A DNA stretch of 63,928 nucleotides, the filler included, from Hyphochytrium catenoides (Eukaryota; Protista; Hyphochytriomycota): assembly GCA_900088475.1 (NCBI GenBank). It is 6 parts of 6 records of this genome, joined end to end, with 100 filler letters (N's around TTAATTAATTAA, not from the genome) between each part and the next. Parts side by side here need not be neighbours in the genome. Positions count along the whole stretch, not along the records: positions 58,842 to 63,928 come from FLMG01000515.1; 5 more parts are not named here. One strand, given 5' to 3'. Both the position numbers and the translations under genes were made by a program. A model generated the notes under the pieces. That model worked only from the letters and a program-made list of their open reading frames with translations, was not told the origin of the DNA and ran no database searches. Shown piece after piece: positions 59,127 through 63,928 of the stretch. How positions within the stretch are numbered: position 1 is the first letter of the stretch; each line of letters begins with the position of its first letter.

Positions 59127-59771
59127 ACCTGACCGACTGTTCCACGACTAGCGAGGGATCTTTGATCCACACGGCGGCGAGGCTGCTGAGCGTCATCGCG
59201 AGCGTGACAGGCAGGACCACAGCGGCGAAGGAGCCAACAGAGTGGAAGAGCTCCGCCAGAGGCCCATCGTCCTCTCTCTCGCCTCTCTCTCTTTCTCTCT
59301 CTCTGTCTAGAGGAGCAGTGACTGTGATGGGAGGAGGAAGGAGAGGCACTCTGCAGTATCCGAAGAGAGTTATCGTCGATGCCGGAGAGAGACGCGCGCG
59401 AGAGAGACAGAGAGAGTGAGAGCGGAGAGAGAGCGAGAGAAAGAGAGAGAGAGAGGAGAGAGAGAGAGAGAAAGAGTGAGACAAGAGAGAAATGGGAGAG
59501 AGGACAAGAGGAGAGACCAACGCACGTTAGAGAACATCTGAGGGAGGGAGTGCTCAAGAGAGAAAATGGCAAGGTGCCGAGACAGCGAAGCAGAGTTAAC
59601 AAGAGAACAAGAGAGAGAGAGAGGACAGGAGAAAGTGGGGAGAGAAAGAGAGAGAAGACGAGAGAGAGAGAGAAGAGGAGAGCGAGAGGAGAGAGAGGGA
59701 AAACACCTAGAATGGAGGAAGGGTAAGTACTAGTTAGTCTCTTACCTCTCATCGGTGTCGTCCATCTCCAT
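59127..59771 (-). CDS. 5' exons of a presenilin-like gene (rest lost at the contig join)
   Basis: MEMDDTDER|VPLL...ELFHSVGSFAAVVLPVTLAMTLSSLAAVWIKD resembles presenilin TM1 (PVTLCM motif); GT-AG intron ~59745-59352. Confidence 0.5.
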
Positions 59772-60486
59772 GAGAAAGCCAAGACTTTGCTACGGAAGAC
59801 GGCTCTCCTCAGAGCTGAAGTCTCTCCTGAGCCTTTCTTCGTCAGCTGCGGCTCTCTCTCTCTCTCTCCCTCGCCTCTAAGCTTAGCTCTTCGTGGATCT
59901 CTTTCTCCTTCACGGGTGTAAATGGCGCGCGTTGAAAGCGAAGAGAGAGAGAGAGAGTGAGACTCAGAAGAGAGACTCAGATGATGAGAATCTGCACCAC
60001 TCTCTCCTTCTTGCGAGTCTGTCTTCTCCGCTTCCTCCTTTCCCTTGTCCTTACACTTCTGTCTGATTGGGCGGGTCTTACTCTCATGAGAGTCTTCTGC
60101 ATCTGCCGGCCTTTCTCTCTCTCTCTCTCTCTCTCTCCGTCTCTCTTCTCTCTCTCTCTCTCTCCGTCTCTCTTCTCTCTCTCTCTCTCCCTCTCTCCTC
60201 TCTCGATCTCCCTCTTCTCTCGGTCTCTCTCTCTTCTCTCTCTCTCTCTGTCTGATCTCTCCAGTTGAAGCTCCACAAGCAACAAATCTCAGCAGGAGCA
60301 TGTGGAGTCTGATTTGTTTCATTTGCCCGAAGCATTATAATAAGTTTCGGTAGTATAAAAGAATTAGATGGAAACTTTGCAGTTGAAGTCTATCCTGAAA
60401 CATTTCCTCTGGGAGAGATGTAGAGAGAAGGTTCTTGACAATCAAATCTTCCTTTTGGGGCTGCTTCTGATCTTCAGGCACACGCT

Positions 60487-60523
<37 letters not shown>

Positions 60524-60845
60524 TCTGTCTCTCTGTCTCTCTCTCTGTCTCTCTCTCTCTCTCCTTTCTCTCTTTCTCCTCTCTTGTCCGTGGACGCACG
60601 CAGGAGGTATCTTTGTGTTTCCTCTTCCTCTCTGTCTCACCTTCAGCCGTCGCAGTTTTCTCCTGCTTGCTATCTTCGCTCCAACAGGGCAGTGTTCTCT
60701 CCCCGCACCCAATTCTCCCTCTACGCGTGATCTCTTCGAATCGCCTCTCAGGCGAGGACCTAAGACGTAAGAGAGAAACAACTTGGGGAAGTCGGGAGAG
60801 AGAGAGAGAGAGAAAGAGAAAGACAGGAGAGAGAGAGAGGAGAGG

Positions 60846-62303
60846 ATGTTCATTCTAGCTGTCTTCGCAGATGGTGGGGAGGATGGCCTCAGTACCTTGG
60901 CTTCTGCGCAGCGCCAGCACCTTGACCAGTTCGTCGCGTCTGGATGGTGCGGCACTCTATGGCTGCGAGAGGAAGCACAAAGAGAGAGAGAAGAGACGGA
61001 GAAGAGAGAAGAGAAAGGAGAAGAGAGATGGCTCCCAGCTTTGCTTGGTATGAAGTGCATTAGCACCACCACAGCTCTGGACTATAAGCATGAGAAGGGC
61101 GTGGACTTGGACCAGCTGAACTTCTCTGACAGGTGCTGAGTCTCCCTCTCTCTCTCTCTCTCGCTCCTTCGGTCTCCCGCTCTCTGTCGCTCTCTCTTTT
61201 ATTCTCTCTCTCTCTCTGGACCTTTCCTCCTGGGTTACCTCCTCTTTCCTTCTCCCTTATTATTTTACCTTAGGATGGTCCCATGTCTTGCCTGATTTCT
61301 CTCTGTTCCTGTCTTCCGTTCTGCCTTTATCATCGTCCTTCTTTGTATGACAGGTCTTGCTTACTCGTCGGCCTCTATTTTCTTTCTAGCTCTCCTTTCT
61401 CTCGTCTCTCTTTCTCTTTGGTACTCTCTCTCTCTCGCTGTTTGGCACTTTTTCTCTGTCTAGACTCCCTTTGTCTTTCGCTATCTTCCTGTCTCACTCT
61501 CTATTTCTCCCCTCCCCCGCTCCGCCTTCTCTTTGTCTTACTCGCATTTCTTCTCTCTCTCCATCCACATCTCCATCTCTCTCTCTCGTCTCTTTCTTCC
61601 CTGCGGCGGCAGACATAATGGCCTCCGTGCGAAGATGCTCTCGAACGCCGCTCAAACGATAAAGTTCTCCTCTTCCATCGGCTTCACCGAGAGTCAGAGG
61701 ATCGACAGCCTTCAGTCTGCAGTCTGGGTGGAAGCGGTGAGACAAGCTGTTCAGGAAGAGAAGGAAAGGAAAGAGTCAGCACGCGTTCTCTTCTGTCATC
61801 TTAAAGCCGAAACTGAAGAAGAATCGGCCAAAGGTAAACTTCATGCGCCATCTCTCTCTCTCTCTCTCTTTCCCTTCCCTTTCTCTCTTTCCCTTCCCTT
61901 TCTTCCTCTATTTGTCTCTACAATTTTCCTCTCTCTCTCTCTCTGTTATCTCTCGGTCTCTTCTTCTCTCTTTTATGAGGGTCTACTTGCAAGCTGGGCC
62001 TTAGAAGGGACTCGTTGTCACCGATCTGATCCTCTCTCTCTCTCCCTCTCTCGCTTCTCTCTCCCCTTTTTCTCTCTATTTGTGGTCCATAGTGGCCGCT
62101 GTAGCTGAGTCGATTATTGGCAATGACTTTCAAGCTCCGAGCTTGATGAAGATCTTGGTTATTGGGAAGAGAGAAGACGCGCTGCAGGAGAGAGAAAGAG
62201 AACTGGAGAGAGCGGCATTGGACAACTCAGATCCTTGGGTTACTTTGAGGCCCAGACAGAGCTATCAATGTCTCAACGGCCAGCCAGTTGCCGTCTCTTC
62301 AAG
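60846..62303 (+). CDS. Conserved uncharacterised protein resembling the plant At5g11810-like family; last exon probably in the gap at 62444-62564
   Basis: Three spliced exons with VFADG...HLDQFVASGWCGTLWL, RHNGLRAKMLSN and LRPRQSY motifs. Confidence 0.5.
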
Positions 62304-62391
62304 GTGCTTTGACATGCGTTTCTCTCTCTTTCCTGCCTCCATACCTCTCACCACCTAGCCTTCCGCCGACACTATCTTCTAACCAGCCTTG

Positions 62392-62443
<52 letters not shown>

Positions 62444-62859
62444 NNNNNNNNNNNNNNNNNNNNNNNNNNNNNNNNNNNNNNNNNNNNNNNNNNNNNNNNN
62501 NNNNNNNNNNNNNNNNNNNNNNNNNNNNNNNNNNNNNNNNNNNNNNNNNNNNNNNNNNNNNNNNTAGCTTAAGAAAATCTCTCTTTCTCTGTTCGCTTTT
62601 TGCCAAGTTGTCGGCTTTTTTCTGTTGAAGCAGCTTTGCTGAGATCGGTGCACTTTTTGGTCCTTTGTCTCCTTCTTCTCCTCCTCAGTTCTTTCTCTTT
62701 CTCTTCCCGGTGAACGGACTTCCATGTTAATATGAGAAATTTTGAGAGAAGAAGGAGATATTCTGATGAGGGCGCACTTCCGCAGAGAAAAGAGAGAAAG
62801 TACTTGCTCACCCGCTCTGTTAGAGCACCCTCTTCTTTCTTGTCTCTCTCTCTCTGTCT

Positions 62860-62939
<80 letters not shown>

Positions 62940-63077
62940 TTGTGTGTGTGATGCTCGCCCGTCAGCTTTTACCGCGCTTTCTCGGGAACGAAGTCTATTT
63001 CCTCTTTCTCTCTCTTCTCTCTCTTTCTTCTGGAGTCGACTGTCTCTAGCCCTCTCAACCGCGTCTCTCTCTGCCCG

Positions 63078-63258
63078 CTAACGCTTTGGCGTGATGGCAG
63101 CGAGGTAGACCCAGACGGACAGCACATCGCTCGGATAGGGATGGATATAGACAGCCACGGCAAACTGGACGCCTTCAGTCTCGATCATGTGCATGCCCTA
63201 CCGCGTCAACGTGGATGATGAGAAGAAGAAAGCTAGACGGTGCAGGAGAGAGCAAGAG

Positions 63259-63293
<35 letters not shown>

Positions 63294-63644
63294 CAAAAGA
63301 GTGTCTCCCTACCAGGTTCTTGACGTCTTTCACGACTCTGTCAATGTCCGTGAAGGGCACGTTTAGAGGGACGCCACGCACTTCTCTGTTGGCAAGGATA
63401 CTCTCGAGCTCCTGAAAACACGTGGGAGAGAGACGAGAAAGAGACGCGTAAGAGAGAGGTTTAGAGCCATTGACAAGCGTGAAAGTCCTTGTCTCTTTCA
63501 GCTCAAGGCTGGCGCCAAATGCTCTATCTCCGTCCTGTCAGGGACTGCTCTGCTCATAAACAATGGATCTCGTTCTCCTGTTCCTTCTACTCCCTTAATA
63601 TCTCTCTCTCTCTCTCTCTCTGTCGATCTCGGTTTTCTCCCTGT

Positions 63645-63724
<80 letters not shown>

Positions 63725-63928
63725 CCTGTGTCTTTTCTTTTTCTTTCTGACGTGCCTGTGGCTGCCTCTCCCTTTCGGCCCCAGCTCCATCGTATACCTA
63801 CTTCTATGTGTTCTTCCTGATTCATTTCTTTCTCTCCCAGACGATGTCTCTCCAGTGCTACGAGGCTCTCTCGGAGTCGAGCAGAGGCCTCGAAGTTAAA
63901 GGAAGTAGCGAACCTCCTCGCCCTCCAC
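63078..63928 (-). CDS. CC2D2A: 3' exons of CC2D2A/MKS6 ciliary transition-zone protein (partial)
   Basis: WRARRFATSFN...LVALE...|ELESILANREVRGVPLNVPFTD...|GMHMIETEGVQFAVAVYIHPYPSDVLSVWVYLAAI matches the CC2D2A C-terminus. Confidence 0.85.

Noticed and set aside
58790-60322. 510-aa ORF and similar long ER/SL-rich ORFs (33689-36218, 60488-61072, 9189-9714)
   Set aside because: These are open only because AG/CT microsatellites lack stop codons; the real exons are short segments within them.

Overview
This is eukaryotic genomic DNA from an intron-rich, AG/CT-microsatellite-rich organism with centriole and cilium genes, probably a protist; the lineage cannot be fixed from the sequence. It is a draft assembly with five artificial 100-nt joins (N44-TTAATTAATTAA-N44). 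Spliced GT-AG genes I can reconstruct: a 7TM-RGS protein, CEP44, PIG-Y, the SKI2 helicase, an Abraxas-like MPN- protein, the catalytic half of an S9 (GEP-like) peptidase, an SHLD2-like OB-fold protein, the 5' end of a presenilin-like gene, a conserved uncharacterised protein and the 3' end of CC2D2A. A METTL21-like methyltransferase and a DUF962/Mpo1-like gene are intronless. Positions 50.1-58.5 kb are a nest of decayed Ty1/copia elements with secondary insertions. The most striking feature is a family of miniature LTR retrotransposons (TRIMs; two copies with 5-bp TSDs plus one relic). Their LTRs carry a TATA + tRNA-like Pol III unit, and their primer-binding site (TGGTGTACGCTC) is complementary to the CCA-matured 3' end of that same tRNA-like RNA, so the element may encode its own reverse-transcription primer. 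Protein family calls rest on remembered motifs, not database searches.
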